A model generated the notes under the pieces. That model saw nothing but the letters and a program-made list of their open reading frames with translations. It had not been told where the DNA came from and did no database searches. DNA of 64,000 nucleotides from the human T2T-CHM13v2.0 reference genome, Homo sapiens: the NCBI RefSeq assembly GCF_009914755.1, contig NC_060936.1; one strand, 5' to 3'. A program made the translations under genes and the position numbers. Positions within the stretch are counted from its first letter, which is position 1; the number at the start of each line of letters is the position of its first letter. Below, in pieces: positions 1 through 22,417 of this stretch.

Positions 1-1603
<1,603 letters not shown>

Positions 1604-1639
1604 TTAGAGACAGTGGGTATTAACAATTGCATATATCAC

Positions 1640-2975
1640 AATAAATGTATGTTTAATCTCAGGAATGCATGGCAGTTCTGTCTTTAGAAAATGTATTTTT
1701 TGTATTTTTATCAATTTAGAGATGCCCTTTTAAAAAAACATATTACAAATTGGAATATTCAAAGGGCAGCTGTTTTATTTTCTTCCTTGCTGAAACATAA
1801 AATAATGACGTGTTTTAAAATTTATAGAATCTTTGATTTGATCAAATATGGTAATGTAATTTGCCATTCTAACAGATCAAAATCAGAATCAGTATGATCA
1901 TCTATCTTGATTTGCGAGAAGCATTTGATAATATTCAAAATCCATTTATGAAAAAACTCTTGGCAGAGGAGAAACAGCAAAGAATTTTTAAAATATAAAG
2001 GGTATGTACAAAACTGTAGTAACCATCTTACTGAAAGATCAAACTTGTTCCCTTTCAGCTTGGGAATAAGACAGAGCTTCCTATTAAGACCACCACATCT
2101 ACTCATCTTTAAGCTGGTGATTCTCACCAACACATCTAAGCATGAAAGAAATAAAAATTATAAGATAAAAAGGAAAGAAAACTCTCAGTACTTAAAGATG
2201 ATATAATTACATAGAAAATCAAGAAGATTCCATGGATAGGCTTCCCAAAAAACAATATGTAACATACCAGCAACAAATGGTAAGAAAAACACGTTGTTTT
2301 TTTTTTAAAGTACATTTTCAGTGACATTAAATAATAAGGATTCAGGAATACAACGAATATAACAAAAATGTAAGATATCTAGGGATGCGTATAACAAAAA
2401 AATTATAAAGCTTCATTTAAAACATTTTTAAACAAAATAAGTAGAAAGTAATACCATCTTTATGGAACAGAGTCAGTATTATAAATGTGTCAGTTTTCTT
2501 CAACTGGTCCATAGACAACACAATTTTAACTAAGATTCCAATTGGGATTTCTGTGGAACTTGATGAGTTAGGGCCAAAAGTAATCAAGATATTCATGAGG
2601 AAGGATAACAGAATGGCAAAACTTGCTTTAATAATTTGTGCAGGGATAGACAAATACTGTACACCAGTCTCTCAATAGGGAGATCAAAACCAAATTCACA
2701 CAGACATGAAAAGTTGATTTATGACAGATGATGTTGCAGTCCCTGGGGAAAGAATGGAAATGGTGCTAGAATAATTGGTTTCTATATGTATTTCTATATA
2801 TGTATATGCCATTACATTAAAGTCAATGCCTATGGAGTTTGGGAGGAGTGATCAAAATGTTCTGGAATTAGATGTGATGTTTGCACAACTCTGTGAATGT
2901 ACTAAGAACCACTGAATTGTATATTTTTAAAGCATGGTATGTGAATAATACCTCAATAAAGCTGTTATAAAAAAT
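1640..2975 (+). mobile_element. Old L1M fragments (ORF2 and 3' end)
   Basis: Degenerate L1 motifs (gaagcatttgata..ttcaa; ccactgaattgtat...aataaagctgt). Confidence 0.6.
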
Positions 2976-2984
2976 ATTTTAAAA

Positions 2985-3258
2985 ATCCCAGCACTTTGGG
3001 AGGCTGAGGCGGGCGGATCATGAGGTCAGGAGTTCAAGACCAGCCTGACCAACATGTTGAAACCCCATCTCTATTAAAAGTACAAAAATTAGCCAGACGT
3101 GGTGGCACGTGCCTGTAATCTAAGCTACTCAGGTGGCTGAGGCAGGAAAATCGCTTGATCCCTGGAGGCGGAGGCTGCCGTGAGCCGAGATGATGCGCCT
3201 GGCACTCCATCCAGCCTGGGCAACAGAGCGAGATTCCATCTCAAAAAAAAAAAAAAAG
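2985..3258 (+). mobile_element. AluS, 5'-truncated
   Basis: Alu consensus with poly-A. Confidence 0.9.
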
Positions 3259-3273
3259 TAAAAAATCAATGAC

Positions 3274-3576
<303 letters not shown>

Positions 3577-3680
3577 TCAATGCCAGACAGACTGAAAACT
3601 TAACATGCAAAGGGCAAGTATTGAAGACCAAACAGATAGCAATATTTCACCACAAGAGGGCAGTTTGACCCTGAACTTTG

Positions 3681-3960
3681 GTGTGTGTTTGTTTTGAGAT
3701 GGAGTCTTGCTCTGTTGCCCAGGCTGGAGTGCAGTGGCGTGATCTTGGCTCACTGCAACCCTCCACCTCCCGGATTCAAGTGATTACCCTGCCTCAGCCT
3801 CCCGAGTAGCTGGGACTACAGGCACGTGCCACCATGAACGACTAATTTTTTGTGTTTTTAGTAGAGACGGGGTTTCACCGTGTTAGCCAGGATGGCCTTG
3901 ATCTCCTGACCTTGTGATCTGCCCACCTCAGCTTCCCAAAGTGCTGGGATTACAGGCGTG
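3681..3960 (-). mobile_element. AluSc-like
   Basis: Reverse Alu consensus. Confidence 0.88.
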
Positions 3961-4419
3961 AACTTTGATTTTATACAGGAAGTGGTTGGAGGAAATGGTT
4001 GGAAAGGATGTTTCGTGACTCAAAAGACTACTGGGGATTAACTAGCTTGATAGCAGTGGCCACAAGTTAAGATTACCCTGGAATCCAGTCAAAGCTGGTG
4101 TTATGATTCTAGTTTGAGCTAGTATCTTCCTGGAGCCAGTAACATGAATATGATGACCAAATGTTTATTTCGTCTGAAAACAAAAGATTATGGACACAAC
4201 TTCGTGGTATGTGTCCATTTAGGCCCACCGTAAAGAAGTGAAGCACTGGCATCAACCACAAAGAAAGTTATGTGAGCACTTTCTCTGGATGATAAATTAT
4301 CTTCTATGTGCATGTGCATGTGTTGTGTATGTTGACAGGTCACACATCAGAAACTGCCACTTCATAGCCGAAGGATAGTCCTATATGGAAACGCAATATG
4401 AAAGTGTGATTAATAATAT

Positions 4420-4524
4420 AGGCTTTTGTGCCTCCTGGCCCCGGCATTGCCACTGAATTGTGTGACTTTGGGCAAGTTACCTATGTTTCAGTGCAACTGT
4501 AAAATGAGGATAATATTAGTAATT
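4420..4524. mobile_element. MIR fragment
   Basis: tgtgactttgggcaagttac...tgtaaaatgaggataat MIR core. Confidence 0.7.
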
Positions 4525-4540
4525 ACCTCATGGTATTTTT

Positions 4541-7617
<3,077 letters not shown>

Positions 7618-7899
7618 TGAGCAGGAGTCCAGTATCATCCTTTAAGACATATCTGGTTTTTATAGGGTCAGACCGGTGAATTAAGTAGGCACTTGATGGG
7701 GATCACAGTGCCTGCAACTTTTGGGTCTTTAAGGATGACTTTAACGTCTACCATAGTCCCAGGCAATATTGTTTTTAATTTACAATATAATTTTTTTACA
7801 TTTTTACAATTATTTATAATATTTGTCTTTTATGTACAATATTGTCAATGCCGTATTCTTTTAAAATTTACTATATTGGCTGAGACAGGATGAGAGGGA

Positions 7900-10050
7900 C
7901 AGTTTCAGAGTCTCCACTTGGCTTTCCCCACTTCCGTAGCTCTTACACCATTGGTTAAGAAACCAGTGTGGGGGTTGTGCTAACTACAAAGTCAGTGACC
8001 AGGGAAATAATCACTGATGGGTCATGAAACCAGTGAACCTACTGTGAGTGGGATCTTTGCAAGGACCCCATGTATCATCTGGCAACCATAACCCTTTTCC
8101 CCAACAAGGTGGCCATGATAATGCCCCTTTGAATTAATTCTGCATTAATTCTTAGGTATTAATGTCAAAACAGACTCTGCCACCAACAAACTCCTCAAAA
8201 TGCCTTGGCTTGTCTCTTTCCCTTGTATACAGTAACCTGAGTAAATGGCCACAGGTCTCTTTGGGATAGGTATGAGAGAATCATTGTAAACACTTGCATT
8301 ATAGGGTTTTTCTCACGCAAGATCCTCATTGTTGTTCAGTCATTGGGTTCTGAATCTGAAAAAGGTCTCAAGTTCTGAAACAGGGAAGACATCATGACTT
8401 TTTGTTGGGAAGTGCTCTCAGGATTTTAGTCATCTATCTTTGTTGTGTATCATATGGCATGTACTCTTTGTGTCTGGCTTCTTTCATTAAGTACAATGAT
8501 TTTGAGATTTACACAGATTGTTAGTGCATCGATCTTTTTATTTTTGAATAGCATCCCATTTAATTGATTCCATTGATTGCAATGCTGCCTGTCTCTCTTG
8601 CCCTTAGGGACTCATGTTCTCTTAATCTTCATAGCTCTCCGAGGGTCGGAAACTCCATTACTTGCTACTCAGACTTTGCTGTTATTACAGTAATTAAGCC
8701 TATTTTGGTTCTGATGGTTTAGATTTGCCACCAGGCACCTTTTGTTTGGGGATCCTGTTATTCCCATTGCCATCATGTAGCGTAGTTTGGTACCAACATC
8801 AACCATCAGACTTAGCCACTGGTGTCTAGAACCAGCTCTCACAAGATGGATTTATTCTCATCAACTCTCACAAGATTGTTACATTTTTTGAAATTTTATG
8901 AACCAGTTGTTACCCAAGATGTTGAATGTAATATGACAGGAGAATGATCCATCCTTATGTCGATATACTCTCCCTTATCCAACATTATTCTCCTTGACTG
9001 CATTTTCATGTTCCAGTCTCATGTGTATTTTCTCAGCTCTTGCCAGTACATCTTAACTAGGACCTGCAGCGCCTTTTCCTCCATAACAGACCCAGCACCC
9101 CCAAGCTGTGTTATATCATGATTGATCCTAATTTTTTATTGGGTAGCCAGAATGTGAGGTGGGGGTTGCATTACTCTGTTCTCACATTGCTATAAAGAAA
9201 TACCTGCGATTAGGTAATTGATAAAAGAGGTTTAATTGGCTCACGTTTCTGCAGGCTGTACAGGAAGCACAGTGCTAACAAGTGCTTGGCTTCTGGGGAG
9301 GCCTCAGGAAACTTACAACCATGGCAGAAGGTGAAGGGGGAGCAGGCATATCACATGGCCAGAGCAGGAGCAAGAAAATGAGGGGGAGATGCTTTTAAAT
9401 GACCAGATCTTACAAGAGCTCACTCACTGTTGTGATGACAGTACCAAGACGATGGTGCTAAGCCATTCATGAGAAATCTGCCACCATGATCCAATCACCT
9501 CTGACCATGGCCTACCTCCAACATTGGGGATTTTTTATATGAGATTTGGGTGGGGACACACATCCAAAGTATATCAGGTGTGTATCCTGGGCAGAGGTGG
9601 GTGGGTGGGGGGTGGCATTTATCTTGCAAAGTAGAGGACTTGGCATCATCTTCCAGGAAATGGGTAGAGCTAACCTTTAAGAGAGGGAGAGGAGAAGGCT
9701 GCTTGTGCCAGCCCGGAGGAATCGGGAAGTGCGATTCAAGATTTTCAGCATATTAACCAAGAGGACCCATTCCAAGTCTTAAGATCACAGTCCTTCCCAT
9801 CAATACCCTCCCTGACCTTGATGAAGCCAACTTGCCTGAGTTGAGAATCATATATTTCTAGAGCTTGTTCACTACTCTTGGAATTAAAGGCTGAATCTGA
9901 TCCTCAGTTTTTTCTGCCTCCAGACTACAAGAGATGAGCATCTGCTGCCAAAGAGGCCTTCTAGCTTTCACACTTTGCCTTCAGTCGATGATTAATACCC
10001 TTAGCCTTTCATTTCCCCCCCAAAGTATTCATTGATAGCATTTAGCAATG
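7900..10050 (-). mobile_element. Degenerate ERVL/MaLR internal sequence
   Basis: Motifs such as gccagtacatcttaactaggacctgcag and tctcccttatccaac resemble ERVL/MLT-int gag-like sequence (recall). Confidence 0.5.
9167..9577. mobile_element. MST-type MaLR solo LTR
   Basis: ttctcacattgctataaagaaatacctg...gggacacacatccaaagtatatca. Confidence 0.85.
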
Positions 10051-10059
10051 ATCATATTC

Positions 10060-11495
10060 CACTTTTTTTGTTTACAGATTTATTGAAGTTTAATTGATGA
10101 CAATAAACTACATATGTGTTTGTATGTATGTGTGTGCAGTGCACAATTTGCTAAGTTTTTGTTTGTTTTTGTTTTTGAGACAGGGTCTCGCTTTGCCACA
10201 CAGGCTGGAGTGCAATGGCACAGTCATAGCTCACTGCAACCTCAGCCTTCCACATTTGGTAAGTTTTGACATGTATCTATGAAACCATTATCAAAATCAA
10301 GACAACAAACATTTCATCAACCCCAAAAGTTTCCTCCTGCTCCTTTTAGTTTTATCCTTCCTTCTATCCCCAGGTAACTCCTGATTTGCTTTCTGATAGG
10401 TTAGTTTGCATTTTCTAGAATTTTATATAAATGGAATAATACAGCATGTATTCTTTTTTTTTTTTGGTCTGGCTACTTTCATTAAGTATAATGATTTTGA
10501 GATTTATATATCTCGTTGGTGTATCAATCTTTTTATTGTTGAATAGTGTATCCCATTTAATAGATCTATCAAATGTGTTTATCCATTGATCTGTTGATGG
10601 ACATTTGGGCTATTTCCAGGTTTGGGCTATTATGAATAAAGCTGCTATGAATATTCATATACAAGTCTTTGTGTGGACATGTTCCCATATTTCTTGAATA
10701 AATATGTAGAAGTGGAATGGCTGGGATATTTGGCAAAAGTGTTTTAAGTTTTCAAGAAAGTGCCCATCTATTTTCCAGTCATTGTACTCTTTTGCATTCT
10801 CATCAGCAGTGTAGGAGAGTTCCAGCTGCCCCACACCTTCACCAGCAGTGGGCAAAGTCTTTTAACTTTAGCCATTCTAGTGGGTGTATAATGGTAACTC
10901 ATTGTAGTTTTTTCATTTCATTTTTAAATTGAGGTACAATTGACATGCAATGAACTGCACCTATTTAAACTGTACAATTTGATGAGTTTGACATATGTAT
11001 ATACCAATGAAACCAACACAATCAAGATGATAAATATATTCATCACCCTCAAAAGTTTTCTCATACCCCTATGAAATTCTATCTTCTCTCCCCTCCTTGC
11101 TCCTGATTCCCTACCCCAGATAACCACTAATCTTCCTTCTGTCATTAGTTTGCATTTTCTAGAGTTTTATACAAGTGGAATCTACAGTATGTACTTTATA
11201 TGTATCAATAGGTCATACCTTTTTGTTACTTACATCTTTGTTACTGTGACATATTTCACTGTATGGCTAAACCATTATTAGTTTACCTGTTGACAGACAT
11301 TTGGGTTGTTTCTAATTTTTGCCAAACACAAATAAAGTGGCTATGAACATTTACATACAAGTATTTGTATGGACTTAAGCTTTAATTTCTCTTAGGTAAA
11401 TACCTAAGGAGTAGAATGGCTGGATCATATAATAGGTGTATATAGTATTTAACTTTTTTTTATAACACTGTAAAACTGTTTCATAGTGGTTGTAT
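10060..11495 (-). mobile_element. Old L1MB/MC 3'-end fragments with an Alu fragment at ~10155-10250
   Basis: Reverse L1M 3' motifs (gatggacatttggg, gctgctatgaatattc, agtagaatggctggatcat). Confidence 0.7.
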
Positions 11496-11499
11496 GGAA

Positions 11500-12460
11500 A
11501 TAAAAATGAGAAACAAAATAAAACAAATGTATACCAAAACATGTTTAATGTTTCACCTTCAAGAAAAGGGAGCACTTTACAATGAGTGAGAAAATATATA
11601 TCCACATTTTGAAAAAAACTCCAAGATAAAAGGCATTTTGACAACAGATATTTGGAAATATTTCCATCGTTACAAGAGTTTATTGTCAAAAATGATGTAT
11701 GTCCATCTATAAAACTCTCCTATCTGTTGCTAAAACAAATTTATCTGCTCTATTTTTAAATATTTTCAAAAAGTTAGTTTTAAACCTATTTGTTTAAAAT
11801 ATGAAAATGCAAAACCTTTTATTGCTTCCAAGAGTAATTTATTGACATCGAAGAAAATATAAATTTATTACTTAAACAAAAATCTTCCTTTTTTGCTCCT
11901 CTTTTTTGTTTTGTTTTTATAACTGGACAGATAATAATTGTACATATTCATGGGGTACATAGCGATGTTTCAATACATATACTGTAGTGATTAGATCAGG
12001 GTAATTAACATATCTTTTTAATTGGTGAATGGAGTGAAAAATTAATACTCTGATTTAGTAAGTGAAGCTAACTCTTCCATTTGAATCCATACTTCTCTGC
12101 AGGATCTTTTTTAGCTTTGAGAGCCATTAACACCAAATATTGAAGTAAACTAAACTTATAACCAGACCATCATATCATTTTATCTCATAAAATGAAGCAA
12201 GTATTCCTGTCACTTCTGGGAACACAACTGAACAGTATTGTTTACTAGTGAAAAAAAATTGAGTTTTCAAGTGAAAATTGGAATTTTGGAAAACTTGTAT
12301 CCTCCCTATGAGCTTGACAGCTTCCCAATATTTAGAGACTTTTATGATATATTTATGGTGAGACCAGTGATAATATTAACAATTGTTATTTTTGAAATAT
12401 TGCTTAATGAAACCCATCAATACCAACCCAAATTTTATAAAAACAAAGCATATTTAAAAA
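11500..12460. mobile_element. hAT-Charlie DNA transposon fragments
   Basis: ggaattttggaaaacttgtatc...gagcttgacagcttcccaata resembles Charlie1 (recall). Confidence 0.5.
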
Positions 12461-12467
12461 CATTTCT

Positions 12468-12600
12468 TGGGAGGGCATGGTGGCTCATGCCTATAATCCC
12501 AGCACTTTGGGAGGCCGAGGCAGGCAGATTACTTGAGGCCAGAAGTTCAAGACCACCCTGGCCAACATGGTGAAACCTCCCTCTCTACTTAAACAAAAAA
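12468..12600 (+). mobile_element. Alu left monomer
   Basis: Left-arm consensus followed by A-rich end. Confidence 0.8.
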
Positions 12601-13784
12601 ACAGAATTCTTGCAATATAGGTGACCCTCATAAATCACATAACTCTTCTGAGAGTAAAAGAGGTGCATTTTTTGTTAGAGTTATCCAGACTTTTTACATT
12701 AATTATATTTATATTTTTCAGATCCCAAATTGGCAAAAGTTGGAGAATTTTTCTTAAATTACAATTTTCTTCTGCCAGAGCCAAAAATGTAAGAAAACTC
12801 CTAGATACCATGGTTATATCCATAATCTTAAAATTATTGTTCTCAGCACAATGAAGAAATTATTGAGAACAAGTCCCTTCCAAAGAAAAAAAAATCCAAT
12901 AAGAGATTAAATATGTATTGTAATTTTAGAAGACAGTTAAGTTGCATCCTCACATAGAATGCTCTCTCAGACACTGGCTTATTCTAAATGCGTCAGCAAG
13001 TAATCAAAGAGTACAGTAAATGCCTATTCTTCCTTAGAACACTGCTGGAACAGATTTCCCCCTAACCCTGGCTAAGGCTCTCTTTATTTATTAGATGGAT
13101 TAAACTTAATTCCCTTGATTTGTACTTATTCTAATAACAGTTGATCCATAGGAATTCAGAAAGGCTTTTTCAGACTTGAGATTTAAGTGCAATGTCAGCT
13201 TTTTTTTTTTTTTTTCTTTTTTCAGTTTGGCTAAAGCAAAGCAAGGGAATTGTTGCCAAGTAGAGCACACTATGCAGAACCTGGGACATATAGGATGACT
13301 CAGCATTGCATTTTAGTCTCATGACTTTGCTGGGAATCAGATGCAGCTATCGAGAATACCAGTAGCATTGGCTTTAGGTTTAGTAGCCATGAGTTGAGTT
13401 TAGGAAAGGCAGAATCTTACTAAGCAAACTCCTGATTATTGCTGCAAGAACTTCTTGGTCAAAGCATTCTTGACAAATCATCCTTGAAAAACTCTTTACT
13501 ATATGGAAAACGTAAAGAACAATGGGTGAGAGCACAGGCTCTGGGTTTGAACCTTGGCTATACCACCACTTACACATCATGTGACCGTGGTTAAGTCCCA
13601 TCATCACTCTGTGTCTCAGTTACCATATATACAAAATAACAATAACATACTGCTAAATACTTACTAAATCCTTTACATATATTATGAATATAAACCACAT
13701 GATCCTATGTGGCTTATATTAATAATAAATATAAAGGATTTAGTCTGGTACTAAATGACCAGTAAATGTTATTTATAATTGGTT

Positions 13785-14371
<587 letters not shown>

Positions 14372-14413
14372 TAAGCCTCACAACATCCCTGTAGTTATTG
14401 TGGGGTAGGTATC

Positions 14414-14807
14414 TGCTATGGTTTGAATGTCCACTCCAAAAGTCATGTTGAAATTTAATTGCCATTGTAACAGTACTAAGAGGTGGAACCTTTAAGAGGT
14501 GATTAGGCCATGAGAGCTCTCATAAATGTATTAACGACATTATTGTGGGAGTGGGTTCATTATTGCAGGACAGGGTTCCTCATAAAAGGACGAGTTTGGC
14601 ACCCCATTTGTTTCTCTCTGACTCTCAAGGTCTCTTGCTTTTCCACCTTCTGCTATGGGATGTCATAACAAGAAGACCTTCATCAGATGCTGGTACCTTG
14701 ATCTTGAACTTTCCCACCTGCAGAAGTATGAGGACATAAATTTCTATTCCCTTAAAATTACCCAGTCTGTAGTATTCTGTTATAGCAGCACAAATCAGAC
14801 TAAGACA
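14414..14807 (+). mobile_element. MST-type MaLR solo LTR
   Basis: TG...CA termini; 5-bp TSD GTATC (14409-14413, 14808-14812). Confidence 0.88.
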
Positions 14808-15051
14808 GTATCCCTAAGGGTAAATTGAGTTTATTTCTGAGAGTAAACTGAGGCTCAGAAGTTAATTGTCCATTGACCCAGAGCCTGTGTGTGGCAGTTC
14901 CTGTGATTCCAAACAAGGCACTTCCCAATATGTCATTCTAAATCTACAAATTTCATTTATGTCTTGTAAGTGTAGAAATCAGAAACATCATACAAGCTCA
15001 GTCTCTTACGTGGTCTTAGACTTCGCCAAATTAAGAAGATTTATAGAATTA

Positions 15052-15436
<385 letters not shown>

Positions 15437-15827
15437 TTATTTAATTTTCTGTTGACTATATTTTGTTTTGTTGCCTTAATATGATAATAGGACAGAGACA
15501 GTATTGTAGAGAGTTCAGCACAGTGGCCTGAAAAATTGAGGATACTAGAAAAGTTCTTTTATATATTAATCTATCCAGCAGATATTTATTGCAGCCCCTA
15601 TTGTATGCAGGCACTGCTGTGATACAGCAATGGATACATCAGACAAGGTTCTTGCTCTTATAGAAATGACATTATAGAGAGAGGAGAAGAACATTTATTC
15701 CATCAATAAATACATAAAAAAGACAATTTCAGATAGTGTAAGTAACAGCTAAGAAAACAATAAAACAGGATGATTGGATACAGGAGATGGGAAGAGATGG
15801 TGAGAAGTGGGGAAGGCTTAGATATAG

Positions 15828-16155
<328 letters not shown>

Positions 16156-16626
16156 CTCAATACTTTGATCATTAGAGGAAACCACTGAGCAAAGAACCAG
16201 GACTCATTCAGTGGGAACAGCAAGTGCAAAGACTCTAAGGAACAAGCTTGGCACTTCCTTGAAATAAGAAGAAAAACTAATTATAAATAATGAAACTAAA
16301 AATCCTTACAAGGCCTTTTTTGTCCATTTAAAAACAATACAGGCTTTTAATCACCAAATGCATCAGTCATCTTTATTTACCTTCTAGAAAAAAGGATAGG
16401 AGTGGCTGAGGTGTACATTTCCTTTGAAGTATTTTGAAGGAAAAAACTGGTTTCAGCTTGTTGATTCTTATTGCAGTGCCAAAATATGTACTAGTCTTTC
16501 TTCAGTGGATATTTGAGAACCAAAATTTTTATGCTTAGGATTGTCGGTACATCTGTGCAACATTAGTTTCTTTTAAGACACTTTACCAAGAACCTGGAAT
16601 TCAGTATCCTAATTTATAAATCTGAT

Positions 16627-17496
16627 TTCTTTTTTTTAACTTTTAAGTATGGGGTATATGTACAGGTTTGTTACATGGGTAAACTTGTGTCATGGGAGTT
16701 TGTTGTACAGATTATTTTGTCACCTAGGTATTAAGCCTTGTACCCATTAGTTATTTTTTCTGATCCTCTCCCTCCTCCCACCCTCCACCCTTCACCCTCC
16801 TGCAGGCCCTAGTATCTATTGTCGCCCTCTCTGTGTCCATGTGTTCACATCACTTAGTTCCCACGTATAAGTGAGAATGTGGTATTTGACATTTTGTTCC
16901 TGTGTTAGTTTGCTAAGGATAATGACCTTCAGCTCCATTCACATTCCTACAAAGGGCATGATCTTGTTCTTTTTAATGGTTGCATAGTATTCCATGGTGT
17001 ATATGTACCACATTTTCTTTGTCCAGTCTACCATCCATGGGCATTTTGGTTGATTTCATGTCTTTGCTGTTATTAATAGTGCTGCCTTGAATGTACGCAT
17101 GCATATGTCTTTATGATAGGACAATTTGTCCTCTGGGTATATACCCATCAATGGGATTGCTGGGTCAAATGGCAGTTTGGTTTTAGGTTTTTTGAGGAAT
17201 CGCCACACTGCTTTCCACAATGGTTGAACTAATTTACACTCCTACCAACAGTGAGTAAGTGCTCCTTTTTCTCTGCAACCTCACCAGCACCTGTTGTTTT
17301 TTTGACTTTTTAGTAAAAGCCATTCAGACTGGTGTGAGATGGTATCTCCTTGTGGGTTTGATTTGCATTTTTCTATTGATTAGTGACGTTGAGCTTTTTT
17401 TCATATGCTTATTGGCTGCACATATGTCTTCTTTTGAAAAGTGTCTGCCCATGTCCTTTACCCACTTTTTAATGGAGTTGTTTTTTTCTTATAAAC
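16627..17496 (-). mobile_element. Older L1PA (L1PA13-16-like) 3' end
   Basis: TSD ataaatctgat at 16616-16626 and 17497-17507; L1 3'UTR motifs. Confidence 0.85.
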
Positions 17497-17974
17497 ATAA
17501 ATCTGATCTTTAAGTGCACAATTGTCCACACCCATGAAAATATAGAAATTTATGCCCACTTTTTCTCCCTTCCCATTCTTTCCTCACTCCATGTGTTATT
17601 CAGAAGTTTCTCTTTTTTCCTTCTTACTCTCTTATATATACACACACACTCAGATAATACCACACGAATACCCATTGTGTACATTTTTCTAAATGTTTAT
17701 ATAAAATGTCCAGAATAGGCAACCCTATAGAGTTAGAAAATTAGTTTAGTGGTTACCTAGGACTGGGGGTATGGGGGAATTGAATATGATAGCTAAGGGC
17801 TGCAGGATTTCTTTTTGTGGCAATGAAAATGTGAAAGCAATTGAGGTGATGGATGCACAACTTTTTGAATAGACTAAAAGCCATTGAATTGTATACTGTA
17901 AATGGGTGAATTACATGATATACGTATTATATTTCAATAAAGTTGTTGAAAAAGCTAATAGAAAGCCAGGCACA

Positions 17975-18298
<324 letters not shown>

Positions 18299-18940
18299 CT
18301 AATAGCTGATGGAGGAGAAAAATGAAATAACAATAGTTTGATACAAAACAAGGCACAAAGGGTGAAATAAAGGAATAAAAAACAGATGGGACAAACGAGT
18401 AGAAAGATGGTACACTTAAACCCAAGCATTTTTGATAATTACATTTAACTAGACTGAAGATTCTCCTTGAAAATATATACATTGAAATGCAAAGGGCCAA
18501 GAAATAACAAGATTGACTTTGAAACTATAATAACTAAGACTGTATAATATTGGTTCAAGAATAGACACACAGATTAGTGGAACAGAATGCTGATCCTGGG
18601 ACAGATCTGCATGAAAAGAGTCACATGATTTATAAGAAAGACACCACTACAATTCAGCAGGGGAAAGGATGGTCTTTTCAATAAATGGTGCCAGGTCCAC
18701 TGGGTTTCAATATGGAAAAAAATTAACCCTCATTCCTACTGCATACTATAAAAAATTAATTCGAGATGGTCAAATACCTAGATGTAGGTTTAGACCAGTC
18801 CAAATAAAGCTCTGGAAGAAAATATAAGAAAATATCTTCATGACCTTAGTGTACAGAAAAATATCATAAGCAGGACAGAAATGTACTATCTGTAATAGAA
18901 AAGACTGATAAATTATACTTCAGTAAAATTAAGAACTTCA

Positions 18941-19240
18941 GGCTGGGTGTGTTGGCTCAAACCTGAAATCCCAACACTTTAGGAGGCCAAGGTGGGCGGA
19001 TAGCTTGAGCCCAGGAGGTCAAGACCCAGCCTGGGCAACATGGCAAGACTCCATCTGTACAAAACATTTAAAAAAAATTAGCCAGGTGTGGTGGCACATG
19101 CCTGTAGTCCTAGCTATTCAGGAGGCTGAGGTGGGAGATTAGCTTGAGCCCAGGAGGTCGAGGCTACAGTGAGCCATGATTGGGCCACTGCACTTCAGCC
19201 TGGGTGACAGAGTGAGACCCTGTCTCAAGGAAAAAATAAA
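18941..19240 (+). mobile_element. AluJ within an old L1M (~18320-22250)
   Basis: cttgagcccaggaggtc J-type motifs; L1M sequence continues either side. Confidence 0.85.
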
Positions 19241-19323
19241 GAACTTCTATTTATCAAAAGACAGAATTAATTGAGTGGAAAAGCAATGGACTGAGCGAAG
19301 ATAGTTATAGACATAGATATATA

Positions 19324-19605
19324 TTTTTGAGATAGAGTCTTGCTCTATTGCCCAGGCTGGAGTGCAGTGGCAGTCTCAGCTCACTGCAACCTCTGCCTCC
19401 TGGGTTCAAGCAATTCTTGTGCCTCAGCCTCCTGAATAGCTGGGATTGCAGTCGCACCACCACACCCACTAATTTTTGTATTTTCATTTGAGATGCAGTT
19501 TTGCCATGTTGGCCAGGCTGGTCTCGAACTCCTGGCCTCAAGTGGTCTGCCCACCTCGGCTTTCCAAACTGCTGGGATTACAGGTGTGAGCCACTGTGCC
19601 TGGCC
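19324..19605 (-). mobile_element. AluS
   Basis: Reverse Alu consensus. Confidence 0.85.
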
Positions 19606-19662
19606 TTGAGAGAAAATATCTTTAATACATATATCCAATAAAAAACTCATACATAGACTATG

Positions 19663-21432
<1,770 letters not shown>

Positions 21433-22417
21433 TAAGAAACTCCTGCAAATTAATGATAAAAAGACAGACAACTCAATATTCTTAAACGAGTAGAAGTGTG
21501 TACCTCAAAGAAAGAGAATATCCATACGGCCACTAAATGTAAAACATGTTTGTTCATCATGCTTAGGTATCAAGAAGCCAAATATAAGCCATAATGAAAT
21601 ACCACTATACCTCCACCAGAATGTCAACACCAAGTTTTGGTGAGGATACAGAGCAAATGGAACTCTCATACGTTGCTCATGGGAATGCAAATTTGTACAC
21701 CACTTTGGAAAAATTTTTGGCAGTATCTACAAAGCCAAACATACACAAACTCGTTGAACCAGCAATTCCACTCTTGAGTATGAACACTACAGAAGTGAGT
21801 GCTTATATCCACCAAAAGACATGGATGAATGTGTTCATAGCAATTACAGTAATGGCCCTAACCTGATAAAAATTCAAATGTTCATCGTGAGTCAAATGAA
21901 TAAATAAATTGTGAATGAATGATAGTGATATAATAATGATACAGAAATAAAAATGAACAAACCACATTCAACAACATAGATGAACTCACACACAAAATAT
22001 TGAAAGAAGATAGACATAAAAATAATATATTGTATGATTTCATTTGTATGTAGTTCAAAAACAAGTAGAACTAATCTGTGGTAAAATTCAGATAGTCATC
22101 ATTTTTAATGAAGTATTGATGGAATGGCAGGAGGAAGCTTTGTGGAATGCTGGAAATGTCTGTATCTTTAGTTGATGCTTATGTAAAAATTCATTAAACT
22201 GTATATGTAAGATTTATGCACCTTACTCTGCATATAAGTTATCTCAAGAATAAATAAATGGGTTGGTTGAGAGTTATATCCATATATCAGTAGACAGAAT
22301 GATGGTGAATAAAATAAGCTTGATATTTGATTTTATAGGTATCAATAAGAATTCTTGGGTGGAACATGTATATGGAATATAGAATTTAAGTGAAACTTTG
22401 GTTAAAAATATGTAATA

